Counted from the stretch's first letter, positions 1 through 9,594 are shown. The stretch is 64,000 nt of DNA from an uncultured bacterium (GCA_937879955.1 CALFMK010000001.1:361853-425852), one strand, 5' to 3'. The notes: a model not told the origin generated them from the sequence alone. Numbers and translations are program-made.

Positions 1-870
1 GGTTCGGACAGCATCAAGAAGAACGCGAAGGCGCTCAGCATCAGCGGCATCGACGCCCCCACCGACCTCACCATCGGCGAGACCGGTACCTGGACCGTAG
101 ACGTGAAGAGCAAGGGTGCGGACGCGCTCCAGTACGCGGTCGTGTGGGGCGACGAGAATACCGCAGCTCGCTCCATGAGCGCCTCGAGCGCGACGCAGTC
201 CTCGGCGACGTTCACGCACACCTATGACGTTGCAGGGACCTATACCCCGACGTTCACCGTGACGGACAAGAGCGGCCGCACCGTCTCTAAGTCAGCAGCA
301 GCGGTTACCGTGCACGCGGAGGCAGCAGCCCATATCAGCGGCATCACGCCGGCGACCGGCCCTGCCGGAAGCACCGTGACGGTCTCGGGATACGGCTTCG
401 CGGATAGCGACGTCTATCTCGGATCCACGAAGATCGATACCGCGTCTATTACTGACGACGGCACGCTCAGCTTCGTCGTGCCGGCAGCGACCGCAATCGG
501 CACGTACGCCATCACCATCGATAACGGCAATGGCGTAAGCAACAGCGTCGACTACACGGTCACCGCAGCCGCGTCGAGCCGCCTCTCCGTGAACGGCATC
601 GACGCGCCGACGACGCTCGCGATCGGCGAGGACGGTACCTGGACCGTGAACGCGTCGAGCAGGACGTCCGGGAATCTCAAGTATTCGGTGGTGTGGGGCG
701 ACGAGAACTTCTTCGCCCGCGCCATGCAGGTCCTCCTTCCGGAGACCATGCAGTCCTCGGCGACGTTCGCGCACGCGTATGACGCGGCAGGCACCTACAC
801 GCCGACGTTCACCGTAACGGATGAGACCGGACGTTCCGTGTCCGTGAAGGCATCGGTCGTCGTGAAGTAG
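1..870 (+). CDS. Surface protein with two PKD-like repeats and an IPT/TIG domain (5' truncated by the window)
   Basis: Frame is open from base 1. Two copies of GIDAPT..TWTV..YxVVWGDE..QSSATFxHxYDxAGTYTPTFTVTD flank an ISGITPATGPAGSTVTVSG TIG-like segment. Confidence 0.8.
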   Translation, partial: GSDSIKKNAKALSISGIDAPTDLTIGETGTWTVDVKSKGADALQYAVVWGDENTAARSMSASSATQSSATFTHTYDVAGTYTPTFTVTDKSGRTVSKSAAAVTVHAEAAAHISGITPATGPAGSTVTVSGYGFADSDVYLGSTKIDTASITDDGTLSFVVPAATAIGTYAITIDNGNGVSNSVDYTVTAAASSRLSVNGIDAPTTLAIGEDGTWTVNASSRTSGNLKYSVVWGDENFFARAMQVLLPETMQSSATFAHAYDAAGTYTPTFTVTDETGRSVSVKASVVVK

Positions 871-898
871 GCTTCCAGGAACAGTTCGCTAGAGCCAG

Positions 899-938
899 CA
901 ACGAAGAACGCCCCTCGTGAGAGGGGCGTTCTTCGTTG
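899..938. terminator. Intrinsic terminator hairpin between convergent genes
   Basis: 18-bp perfect inverted repeat caacgaagaacgcccctc-gtga-gaggggcgttcttcgttg. Confidence 0.75.
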
Positions 939-950
939 TCTCTTCGGACC

Positions 951-1325
951 CTACACAGCAGGATCCATCCAGACCGCCTCGATATTGTTCCCGTCGAAGT
1001 CATGGACGAAGGCGGCGTAATAGCCGGGCGTATATTCCTTCCGGACGCCAGGAGCGCCGTTGTCTTCGGCACCGGCCGCGAGCGCTGCGTCGTAGAATGC
1101 GTGCACCTGTTCCTTGCTTTCGGCGACGAACGCGACGTGCACGCCCGCTGATGGCATCTCCCTCTCGCTCACCCAGAAGTCCATCTTCCCTCCCTGGCTG
1201 TAGCCCGCCACCTTGTACTCGTCGAGCGCCATCCCGAGTGTATAGCCCAGCGGAGCGAGCATCTTCGAATACAGCTTCTTGGATTCTGGATAATTACTGA
1301 CGGTTACCGATGCATGAGAGATCAT
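951..1325 (-). CDS. VOC/glyoxalase family protein
   Basis: HASVTVSNY..HVAFVAES..FYDAALAAGAEDNGAPG..YYAAFVHDFDGNNIEAV motifs. Confidence 0.9.
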   Translation of the reverse strand: MISHASVTVSNYPESKKLYSKMLAPLGYTLGMALDEYKVAGYSQGGKMDFWVSEREMPSAGVHVAFVAESKEQVHAFYDAALAAGAEDNGAPGVRKEYTPGYYAAFVHDFDGNNIEAVWMDPAV

Positions 1326-1352
1326 GGGGAGAGTATACCTGACGGATTCGCT

Positions 1353-2570
1353 CTAGTGTCCGTGGCCCGGCACGATGATACCGTCGAAGATCGTCTTGTC
1401 CTCCGGCCCCGTGACCGTAAGCATGCCCCAGGCTCCGCGTTCCGTACGCGCGAGCGCATGATCGACGAGCATGTAGCTGCCTGGGACTTGGGTCACGAAT
1501 TCGACCGCGGTCGCTCCACCTGCTGGCACCGCGGTCGTCTGTATGTCTTCCGCAGGCGAAGAGAGTGACCCTTCCCGATACACGCGGTCGAATATCTCGC
1601 CGATGACATGGAAGGACGATACGAGGTTAACGCCGCCGTTACCGAAGTAGATGCGCACGCGATCCCCCACCTCGGCCTGCATGCGGTTGCTGAGCCCTCC
1701 CGTCTTTCCATTGAAGACGACGTATGTCGGCCTGCCATCGAGCATCGCCTGGGCATCGAAGAGCTGGAGTCCCTTGCGACCCATGCCGCCGCTCGCATAG
1801 AACTCGCCCTGCATGACGTAATACTCCTTATCGACCTCTGCGAGCCCCTCGGCCGGCTCCACGAGGATGAGTCCGTACATCCCGTGCGTCATATGATTCG
1901 GAACGTTCGGGGTCGCGCAATGATAGACGAACAGGCCTGGATTCAGAGCCTTGAACGTAAAGGTTGCAGATTCTCCGGGCGCGACCATGCTCGCGGACGC
2001 GCCTCCGCCCGGGCCGGTCACCGCGTGCAGGTCTATGTTGTGATGGTGCAGGCTGGTCGGATCATTATGGAGGGTCAGCTCGACCGTATCTCCTTCGCGC
2101 ACACGGAAGAACGGTCCGGGCACGGTACCGTCATAGGTCCAATAGTTCATGAGCACGCCGGGGGCAATCTCCGCTATCACTTCCTTCGCCGTAAGCTCGA
2201 GCTTCACGGTAGCAGGCTCGGTACGCCCCGTCGGCGGCGGCACGTCATTCGGATCGCGTGCGATATCCTCGACCTTCTCGAACGAATCGAAATGCGTGAA
2301 GAAGCTGATGACGTTCTGTACCGGCATCGTCGGTCCGGAAGCGGTGCCATAGGTCCGCATGGAGAGCGGGAACTCAACGCCATTGGGTAATCCGTTCGGC
2401 ACATAGAAGAACATGGAGACGCCGAGGAACACGATGACGGCGGTGATGCGCATCCAGAACGAGTGCAGCTGGCGCAGTGCGAGATAGATGAAAATCGCAG
2501 CGAATATGAAGGCGATAGCCAGTCCCGCTACCTGTACGAAATATGACCAGGTATAGGCAAATAGTTGCAT
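1353..2570 (-). CDS. nirK: Copper-containing nitrite reductase with N-terminal membrane segments
   Basis: HNIDLH, YHCATPNVPNHMTHGMYG, SSFHVIGEIFD and VDHAL motifs carry the T1/T2 Cu ligands. Confidence 0.92.
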   Translation of the reverse strand: MQLFAYTWSYFVQVAGLAIAFIFAAIFIYLALRQLHSFWMRITAVIVFLGVSMFFYVPNGLPNGVEFPLSMRTYGTASGPTMPVQNVISFFTHFDSFEKVEDIARDPNDVPPPTGRTEPATVKLELTAKEVIAEIAPGVLMNYWTYDGTVPGPFFRVREGDTVELTLHNDPTSLHHHNIDLHAVTGPGGGASASMVAPGESATFTFKALNPGLFVYHCATPNVPNHMTHGMYGLILVEPAEGLAEVDKEYYVMQGEFYASGGMGRKGLQLFDAQAMLDGRPTYVVFNGKTGGLSNRMQAEVGDRVRIYFGNGGVNLVSSFHVIGEIFDRVYREGSLSSPAEDIQTTAVPAGGATAVEFVTQVPGSYMLVDHALARTERGAWGMLTVTGPEDKTIFDGIIVPGHGH

Positions 2571-2752
2571 GGGTATGTAGTTGTTATTTCGATAAGCAAT
2601 GACGCTAATCGCACTACAGACCGATTCTCCTTAGGAGACGGCGGGTTGGAAGAAGGATATCTTGCCAGCTGTGCGACCCGCAGCCTGGATGAGGCTACAT
2701 GCATGGTACCACTCGATTTCATGACCCAAAGGATATGCAAGGGCCCTTAACT

Positions 2753-2780
2753 GTAAAACCGCCCTTTCGGGCGGTTTTAC
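2753..2780 (-). terminator. Terminator downstream of tRNA-Asp
   Basis: gtaaaaccgccc-tttc-gggcggttttac hairpin. Confidence 0.7.
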
Positions 2781-2786
2781 TTTGTG

Positions 2787-2860
2787 CGCGGTCGACGAGA
2801 CTTGAACTCGCAACCTCCCGCGTGACAGGCGGGTGCTCTAACCAGTTGAGCTACGACCGC
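2787..2860 (-). tRNA. tRNA-Asp(GUC)
   Basis: Reverse complement folds as a cloverleaf: acceptor GCGGTCG/CGACCGC, anticodon loop CT-GTC-AC, T-loop TTCAAGT. CCA not encoded. Confidence 0.95.
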
Positions 2861-2927
2861 ACGAAACGGGCCGAAGCCCGTAACGTTGGTACTGTACCGG
2901 TTTTGCCCTCTGAGGGCAAGATGGGTG

Positions 2928-3001
2928 TGCCGACGCCAAGATTTGCACTTGGGACCTTCTCTTTATGAGTGAGATGCTCTAACTACCTGAGCTACGCCGG
3001 C
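2928..3001 (-). tRNA. tRNA-Met(CAU), elongator type, with atypical T-loop TGCAAAT
   Basis: Acceptor GCCGGCG/CGTCGGC, anticodon loop CT-CAT-AA, T-arm CCAAG-TGCAAAT-CTTGG. Confidence 0.85.
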
Positions 3002-3002
3002 C

Positions 3003-3695
3003 TTATTTCTCCTGCATTCCGACCTCCGCAATACGCGCTATCTGGGCAAGGATCTTATAACGTATATCCTTACCCTTCGAGACGCGTAACGCTAAAACAC
3101 CATAATACATATCGCGGTTTTCGTAAATCTTCTTGCCTTTATCCAGGAATATCATCTTCCTGAACTGTGATCGCGGGATAGCGAGGGTCGTGGCCCAGTA
3201 TTCCGTAATTATCTCCTCCCGGTCGCGGTGCGTATCGCTGATGAACACCCGTGGCATGAACCGTTCCCGCTCGACTCCGTAGCACTCCAAGAACCATCGG
3301 ATCATGAGCACGATGACCCGGGGATCAGAGTTGACCACAGCCAGAGAGCTGCTGCTTTCTGCTTTGGCTCCCTCTCCCCAATACAGCCCGAGGCCGACGA
3401 AGAAGAGCTGCTCCGGGGAAAGAGACCGTATGGCTTCTCGTGCTTCAGATTCGGCTATCCGTATGCGTGCCGCCTTCTTCTCCTTATTCGCCTCTGCACC
3501 CATCATGCGACCCTTATGGCCCGCTGCAATCTGCCGCTCTCGGAGATGGGCTCTTTGAGCTGCCGTGAGGGGGACATCACGGGTCCAGATGCTCACCGTG
3601 CCGCTCGATACGCCGAGCAGCCTCGCGATCTCCTTCACGCTCTCTCCCTTGCGTCTAAGCTCTCGGGCACGGATACGCTCCAATGACTTCGCCAT
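3003..3695 (-). CDS. HTH plus LAGLIDADG-like protein of the CPR tRNA-adjacent type
   Basis: N-terminal HTH (LRRKGESVKEIARLLGVSSGTVSIW) and a GLGLYWGEG LAGLIDADG-like helix. The stop codon is 1 nt from the tRNA 5' end. Confidence 0.7.
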   Translation of the reverse strand: MAKSLERIRARELRRKGESVKEIARLLGVSSGTVSIWTRDVPLTAAQRAHLRERQIAAGHKGRMMGAEANKEKKAARIRIAESEAREAIRSLSPEQLFFVGLGLYWGEGAKAESSSSLAVVNSDPRVIVLMIRWFLECYGVERERFMPRVFISDTHRDREEIITEYWATTLAIPRSQFRKMIFLDKGKKIYENRDMYYGVLALRVSKGKDIRYKILAQIARIAEVGMQEK

Positions 3696-3757
3696 GGAAC
3701 GACGATACGCGACCGTAGATAGGGAGAACCTCTAGAAGATATAAGGTTGTGTATGAC

Positions 3758-4453
3758 TTATCCCCTTCGTGCGAGCGCCTCCTCTGCACGCGGCAAATCT
3801 TCCGGGGCGGTTATCTGGAACCAGAAGGACGCCTCTACCACCGCGAGCGGGATGCCTCCCGTGAGGGACGCGGCGAGCACCGTCTGCGGCAGGCCGTACT
3901 CGTCGCTGCCGATGGCCTTCGGGACCATGGGGTGCTCGAATATCCGAGGATCGAGCGCGAAGAGGTTCGTGTTCATGAGGCCCGGCTTCCCCACATGATC
4001 CCCCTCCTCGATCTTCACGAGATGCCCGGTCTCGTCCATGACCATGCGGCCGCCGGACGCCATGGAGTCCGTGCTCTGCACGAGCACGCTCCAGTTCGGG
4101 GCCGCGAAGCAAGCCTCGATGTCCTCGCGGCAGTAGAGGTCGTCCCCCATCATGACCACGAAGCGGTCCGTAAGATAGGGGGCGGCGAGCGCGAGCGCGC
4201 CCATGGTGCCGTCGAGCAGCTCCTGCTCGACGTAGCGGATCTTCCGTCCCTCGAACTCGTCGCCGAACTTCGCGCGTATCACGTCGCCCTGGTACCCGAC
4301 GACGAGGATTACCTCGTCGACTTCAGGCGGGAGGATGTCGAGCTTATGCTCGATGAGGGTCTTGCCCGCGACCGTGAGCATCGGCTTCGGGACCGACTCT
4401 GTCAGGTCCTTCATGCGGGTGCCCCTCCCTGCGGCGAGTATGACTGCCTGCAT
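3758..4453 (-). CDS. Sugar-phosphate nucleotidyltransferase (NTP_transferase family)
   Basis: AVILAAGRGTRM..PKPML..YVEQE..GTMGAL..MGDDL motifs. Confidence 0.88.
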   Translation of the reverse strand: MQAVILAAGRGTRMKDLTESVPKPMLTVAGKTLIEHKLDILPPEVDEVILVVGYQGDVIRAKFGDEFEGRKIRYVEQELLDGTMGALALAAPYLTDRFVVMMGDDLYCREDIEACFAAPNWSVLVQSTDSMASGGRMVMDETGHLVKIEEGDHVGKPGLMNTNLFALDPRIFEHPMVPKAIGSDEYGLPQTVLAASLTGGIPLAVVEASFWFQITAPEDLPRAEEALARRG

Positions 4454-4460
4454 ATGATTC

Positions 4461-5513
4461 CTAGAACGTGCGCATGGCGCTCGCAGGTTGCGTGCCGTCC
4501 GGCACGACTACGGTATCCATGTTCGTAGCATTGAACACGAGGAGGCTCAGCGCCACCAGGATGATGAGGAGGCCGCCGCCTGCCACCTCGAGGTACTGGA
4601 CCTTGAGGTGCGCCGCGATAGCGACGAGGAGCAGGATAGAGACGAGCGCGGCGAGGCCGGCAAGCACGTAGATGACGGTGTGCGTCGGGGACGCGGCCAC
4701 CTGCGCGAAGAAGCTCAGGGTCTCCGTGGCCGCACTCTTCTGCGCGGCCTCCGCCCTCGCCTCGTACTCGGTCTCGAGCATGGGCTCCTCGCCAGGCGCG
4801 GACGGCATGACGGTACCTATCTCGACGCCGAGGACCTCGCTGCCGGTCTCGACAGGCACCTCTGCGGGAACGTCCTCCGCAGTGGCGACCGTCGCCGGCT
4901 TCTCCTCAGGAACGCCTGCAGCCACCTGGTACGCCGCTACGGCGCGCGGCGTCGCGAAGAACTGCACCACGAACGTGGTCTCCTTCCCCTGGTATGTTCC
5001 CTGCGCTACGCCGATGCCGATGCGCGTGTACTGCGCTTTCATGATGTTCGCGTGGTGCGCGGGAGACTTCATCCATGCCTCCTCCACGTCCTCGGAGTCC
5101 GTGAAGTTAACGGCGAGGTTCTCGCCGGCGTAGGTGTAGTCGTAGCCGGCCTTGTCGAACCAGTACCACGGCTGGTTGCCGTCAGGGTCCACGTGCGAGA
5201 AGTATCCTCGCGCGGCCATGTCGTCCGCCTTCATCTGTGCCGCCTCGGAGAGGTGCGCATCCTCGACGAGCGCCGGGATGCCGTTCTCGGCGCGGTCCTT
5301 GTTCGTGAGGGTGGCAAGCACGCCCGGGAGGACTGACGCGAGGAAGTCCGTATCCTTGAAGACAATCCGGGTCTGCACGAAGTACGCGGCCTGGACCAGG
5401 AGGAGTACGAGGATCACGCTTCCGACGCCCGCGGCCGTGAAGAGGAGCGGCTTGAAGCCGTTCCCTTCGTGTGGGAGGAGATGGTCGCGCAGATGGGAGC
5501 GGAGGCGCTTCAT
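4461..5513 (-). CDS. CAP (SCP-like) domain membrane protein
   Basis: AQMKADDMAARGYFSH..AGENLA..AWMKSPAHHANI..IGIGV motifs, with flanking TM helices. Confidence 0.9.
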   Translation of the reverse strand: MKRLRSHLRDHLLPHEGNGFKPLLFTAAGVGSVILVLLLVQAAYFVQTRIVFKDTDFLASVLPGVLATLTNKDRAENGIPALVEDAHLSEAAQMKADDMAARGYFSHVDPDGNQPWYWFDKAGYDYTYAGENLAVNFTDSEDVEEAWMKSPAHHANIMKAQYTRIGIGVAQGTYQGKETTFVVQFFATPRAVAAYQVAAGVPEEKPATVATAEDVPAEVPVETGSEVLGVEIGTVMPSAPGEEPMLETEYEARAEAAQKSAATETLSFFAQVAASPTHTVIYVLAGLAALVSILLLVAIAAHLKVQYLEVAGGGLLIILVALSLLVFNATNMDTVVVPDGTQPASAMRTF

Positions 5514-5585
5514 GCGTAATATAATACAATACGAATTTGAAACGGCAAGGCGCTTACCTGCGCTTCCCTTCCTGGTGGGGATAAG

Positions 5586-5616
5586 AAAAAGCCCCGTGCA
5601 AGACGGGGCTTTTTTT
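5586..5616 (-). terminator. Intrinsic terminator
   Basis: aaaaagccccgt-gcaag-acggggcttttttt. Confidence 0.8.
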
Positions 5617-5635
5617 CCTTAGAGCAAGGCGTGGA

Positions 5636-8152
5636 CTATGCCGCGTCCTTCTTCATCGCATCGAGCTTCTCCTGAAGCTCCTTCACCTTCTCAAGGATGT
5701 CCTTGATGAGGGCTGCGCGAGCCTCTTCGGTCATGGTCGGTGCCGGGGTCGCTGCGGCGATTGCAGCCATGGTGAGCGGGCCGAAGAATCCGGTCGCCGG
5801 TACGCCATGCGCTGCCTGCCATGCCTTGAGAGCCTCGGTCGTCATAGGACCGAAGAATCCGGTAGGCGCAGCGATCTTGAGGAGACCTGCGTCGATCAGC
5901 ATCTGCTGGAGCGCGTTCACGTCAGCTCCGTTAGAACCAGCAGAGAGGTTCGCAGAGAAGTTGTACGTGGACGCACCGAGGACCTGGCCTCCGTCTACTC
6001 CGCCGGCAGTACCGGTGCCGGTGTTAGTGGCAGTCGAGCGGCTGCTACCGCCAGAGCGGCCGCGGCTCGGCTCTTCAGGACGAAGAACGTAGACACGTCC
6101 GGTAACGGCGCCGGAAACACGCTCGGAAGAGACATACTGACCGTTCGTATCGATCACCGACACGTTAGCTTTGGCGATGTCATCAACCCAGATCGCGTCG
6201 TTCTCATCATGCTTGCTTACGCCGTTTACGGTGAGCTCAGCGGCAGTCACGACGTTCACGCCACGATCGACGTTCACACCGTTCCAACCGTTACCAGAGG
6301 TGGTGAGGTTCGTGACGGTCACGGTCGAGCCATTCACGAGAAGTCCGGACTTGCCGCTACTCTTAACGGTTACATCCGTAAGAATCACGCCAGTCGTAGC
6401 ATATGCCTGGATACCGTGAACACCTGCCTTACCAACAACCGTGAGGTCGTTCACGGAGACGTTTGCTCCAGTGATGAGAACGACCGACCCCGTGAGAGCA
6501 CCGGAAGCCGTGATGGTCTTTCCGTTACCGTTGATAGTTACGGCGTGATCAGCCGTCACCTGAGACGAGACCGAGAAGGAGTCGCTAAGAGTGATGGCTG
6601 GGATATGAGCTGCGAGAGCCGCATTGAGCTCTGCCTCGCTCTTAACCGTGTTGAGGTAGTACGCCTTAGCAGGTGCCTGATCAACAACGGTGTACTGTGC
6701 ATCTGCGTTGACACTGCCCTTGTTGGTGTCATCAACGAAAATCGCAGGGCCGATATCGGAATGCGAGCTCGTACCAGTAACGGTAAGGACTGCTGGAGTC
6801 GTTACGCCAGAACCCTGGTCAACATTGATGCCATGCCAGTTGTTTCCAGACGTGGTGACATTGTTAACGGTAACGGTCGAGCCGTTGACCATGATTCCGG
6901 ACTTGTTCGCGTTCTTCGCGGTTACGCCATCGAGCGTGACATTGGTTGCGACATATGCCTGGATACCCTGAACCGGAAGACGCGCTGCATCTACCGTAAG
7001 GTTCTTGATAGTTACGTCGCTAGCCGTGACGAGTACTACAGAACCGGTGACTCCGGTAGCTGCGGTTACGGTATGGCCGTTACCCTCAATGGTTACCTTC
7101 TTGTCGACATTTACCGTCGTGGTCTCGGTGACGTCATGGTTGAGCACGATGGTGTCGCCAGCGTTTGCTGCAGCGATAGCAGCGCTAAGCGTATCGAATG
7201 AATTCGTTACACCCATGTCGCTCCACTGAACCGTGTAAGGACGGTTACCGAACACGCCATCGGCTGGAGTTCCCTCTGCACCGTAGTTGTACTGGTTAAG
7301 GATTACCTCCTTGATAGCGCTAGTGCCTGCGGTTCCATCGAGAGGCACCTGACTAAGCAGGTCACCGTTGATGTAGTAGTTCCAGTTTCCATCAGCGACC
7401 TCTACCCGAAGTACGTAGGTCTGACCAGGAACAGCTTCCATGACGGGAGTCCATGAGCCGCTACCCCTGGAGTCCCAGACACGGAATACTGGATCCTTAG
7501 TAAGACTTGCGCTGTTTCCAGCGGTATATCCAGCAGCGCTGGTGTAGTCGATGATTCCCCACTCACCTACTGCGCCGTTTCCGGTCGCCCAGAGGCCTGC
7601 ACGGACAGCCGTGTTCTCCCATGCCGGATCGATATAGAGAGATGCCTCTACGGAAGAAACATTGTTAAGCGAGGCCTTACGTCCTTCGGTGCGATAGAAC
7701 GCGCTTCCATCCTGCTGAGCATCAAGCGTACCGTCGATTACGACAACACCACCATTCCAAGAATCCGGTGCATGACGGTCAATCGCCCAACTACCATCGA
7801 TAGCAACAGCGCGATCGATAGTCACCTTAGCTGGCTCGGGAGCAACAACAGCATCGAGAGAGATATCATCAACTGCCGAGAAAAGGCTTGCGACAGAATT
7901 GATGACTTCCTCAACGATCCCTGCCTCTTCCTCGACAACGGGGGTCTCTTCCTGATTAACAATCTCTTCGGACTCCTCGATAGGAGCCTCTTCAACAACG
8001 GGAGTCTCGATGACAACATCAGAGATGACCTCTGGCGTCGTCTCGACGACCTCGGCTGGTGCCTCCTCAGCGAAGACAGCCGCCGGAACGAACGATGCGA
8101 CGAGCGCGAGAAGCGTGAGCGCGCTCGCGAGCTTGGTAAAGAAATTGGTCAT
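5636..8152 (-). CDS. Large secreted surface protein: signal peptide, acidic linker, duplicated beta-helix (pectin lyase-like) modules, C-terminal peptidoglycan-binding domain
   Basis: Signal peptide; two ~185-aa repeats (GIQAY..KSG..VNGSTVTV..TTSGNxW.G.NVD); GQVLGAS linker; LSAGSNGADVNALQQML..TGFFGPMT PG_binding_1 motif. Confidence 0.8.
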   Translation of the reverse strand: MTNFFTKLASALTLLALVASFVPAAVFAEEAPAEVVETTPEVISDVVIETPVVEEAPIEESEEIVNQEETPVVEEEAGIVEEVINSVASLFSAVDDISLDAVVAPEPAKVTIDRAVAIDGSWAIDRHAPDSWNGGVVVIDGTLDAQQDGSAFYRTEGRKASLNNVSSVEASLYIDPAWENTAVRAGLWATGNGAVGEWGIIDYTSAAGYTAGNSASLTKDPVFRVWDSRGSGSWTPVMEAVPGQTYVLRVEVADGNWNYYINGDLLSQVPLDGTAGTSAIKEVILNQYNYGAEGTPADGVFGNRPYTVQWSDMGVTNSFDTLSAAIAAANAGDTIVLNHDVTETTTVNVDKKVTIEGNGHTVTAATGVTGSVVLVTASDVTIKNLTVDAARLPVQGIQAYVATNVTLDGVTAKNANKSGIMVNGSTVTVNNVTTSGNNWHGINVDQGSGVTTPAVLTVTGTSSHSDIGPAIFVDDTNKGSVNADAQYTVVDQAPAKAYYLNTVKSEAELNAALAAHIPAITLSDSFSVSSQVTADHAVTINGNGKTITASGALTGSVVLITGANVSVNDLTVVGKAGVHGIQAYATTGVILTDVTVKSSGKSGLLVNGSTVTVTNLTTSGNGWNGVNVDRGVNVVTAAELTVNGVSKHDENDAIWVDDIAKANVSVIDTNGQYVSSERVSGAVTGRVYVLRPEEPSRGRSGGSSRSTATNTGTGTAGGVDGGQVLGASTYNFSANLSAGSNGADVNALQQMLIDAGLLKIAAPTGFFGPMTTEALKAWQAAHGVPATGFFGPLTMAAIAAATPAPTMTEEARAALIKDILEKVKELQEKLDAMKKDAA

Positions 8153-8259
8153 AGACAGTGCTAATGAAGTAATCGCCCGTATTACTCCAGGAATGAGAAT
8201 TCCTGCCCCAGTAATAGCCTCACCCTATTCCTATCGCATCATTTGTCAATGAAAAATCT

Positions 8260-8297
8260 GTCATGTCTACACTATAAAAAATCCAGATTTTCTTTAT
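8260..8297 (+). promoter_or_regulatory. 11-bp-period direct-repeat array (putative OmpR-family binding site)
   Basis: GTCAT/ACTAT/TCCAG/TTTAT at 8260, 8271, 8282, 8293. tccagattttctttat matches tctagattttctttat at 13313 in 15/16 positions. Confidence 0.5.
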
Positions 8298-8379
8298 CTT
8301 TTCTGTCCTTTAGGACAACAATGAATACGCCATTTCCTGACGCCTGTCCTATATATAGGTATGCGCTACTATTCCTTCT

Positions 8380-9507
8380 ATGAATATCCGCACCGCAGCA
8401 TCCGCACTCTTCGCAGGTCTCCTGCTCTTCGCACCGTCCGTCTCCTTCGCCCAGGACTTCCCTGCCGTTGAGCAGCAGTACCTCGAGAAGGCGAAGGTTA
8501 TCGAGGCGACGCCTTCGGTAGACAAGACCGTTGAAGGCACGAGCGTCGTGACGAAGACGCAGACCCTCACCGTGAAGGTGCTCGAGGGCGTGGACGAGGG
8601 GAAGATCGTCTCCTTCGAGAACGACTACACCCAGCTCGAGACCGGAGACGTGTTCTACGTCCGGCACATCGTGGGTGGGTTCGACCTCGAGACCTGGTCC
8701 GTATCCGACCCGTACCGTCTCGACGTCCTCATCGGCATCGGTGTTATATTCCTCCTCCTGGTATTCCTCTTCGGCGGCATCCAGGGCGTCCGCGGCTTAG
8801 CCTCCCTCGCCGGCTCACTCGTGCTCATCTTCTACGTCCTCCTTCCAGGGATCCACGGCGGCATCTCCCCTATCCTCGTCTCGCTCGGCGTAGCGATGCT
8901 CATAATCGTGGCCGGGTCCTACATCACGCACGGCTTCACCAAGACGACGACCGCCGCCATGCTCGGCATGCTCGCGACCATCGTGATAACAGGGATCGGC
9001 ACCTATATAGCCATCCACATGGCACAGCTCTCCGGATTCACCTCCGACGAGAACGTCTACCTGAACTTCAGCTCGGACGGGACCATCGACATGATCGCGC
9101 TCCTGTTCGGCGGCATCCTGATCGGCCTCCTCGGCGTCCTCTACGACTGCGCCATCGGCCAGGCGGTCGCGGTCGAGGAGCTCTTCGCGGCCAGCAAGGA
9201 CTACACGCGCAGGCAGGTCTACCTACGGGGCCTTCGCATCGGGCGCGAACATATCGGCGCGCTCATCAACACGCTCGCTATCGCGTACGTGGGCGCGTCC
9301 CTCCCGCTCCTCCTCCTTCTCAAGCAGTCCACCGCGAGCCCGCTCTACATCCTCAACGGCGAGGTATTCGCCACGGAAATCATCCGCATCCTCATGAGCG
9401 GCATCGGCATCATCCTCGCCGTTCCCGTAACGACCCTCATCGCCACCACGATGCTGAAGGACGCGAAGCGCTCGGGCATCCCGGCACACTCCCACGCGCA
9501 CGGGTAG
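8380..9507 (+). CDS. YibE/F family membrane protein
   Basis: GILIGLLGVLYD..GREHIGALINTLAIAYVGASLPLLL motifs; His-rich C-terminus AHSHAHG. Confidence 0.88.
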   Translation: MNIRTAASALFAGLLLFAPSVSFAQDFPAVEQQYLEKAKVIEATPSVDKTVEGTSVVTKTQTLTVKVLEGVDEGKIVSFENDYTQLETGDVFYVRHIVGGFDLETWSVSDPYRLDVLIGIGVIFLLLVFLFGGIQGVRGLASLAGSLVLIFYVLLPGIHGGISPILVSLGVAMLIIVAGSYITHGFTKTTTAAMLGMLATIVITGIGTYIAIHMAQLSGFTSDENVYLNFSSDGTIDMIALLFGGILIGLLGVLYDCAIGQAVAVEELFAASKDYTRRQVYLRGLRIGREHIGALINTLAIAYVGASLPLLLLLKQSTASPLYILNGEVFATEIIRILMSGIGIILAVPVTTLIATTMLKDAKRSGIPAHSHAHG

Positions 9508-9556
9508 CGCGATTGACTCCCCTGGCATTTGCTATAGAGTAGGGATAGCTCTATAC

Positions 9557-9569
9557 GCAATTTATTTGC
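9557..9569. promoter_or_regulatory. Putative Fur/Zur operator GCAA-N5-TTGC
   Basis: GCAATTTATTTGC, identical to the copy at 11947-11959. Confidence 0.6.
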
Positions 9570-9594
9570 AGGTGCTATCCCGAAGGAGTGACTG

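Noticed and set aside
2571-2750. FNR/NnrR box or riboswitch upstream of nirK
   Set aside because: Only a weak TTAT-N4-ATAA palindrome; no TTGAT-N4-ATCAA and no recognisable aptamer.
3003-3731. tRNA intron or split tRNA encoding the endonuclease-like ORF
   Set aside because: The adjacent tRNA is complete, and no tRNA half lies on the other side of the ORF. The same holds at 36513-37254.
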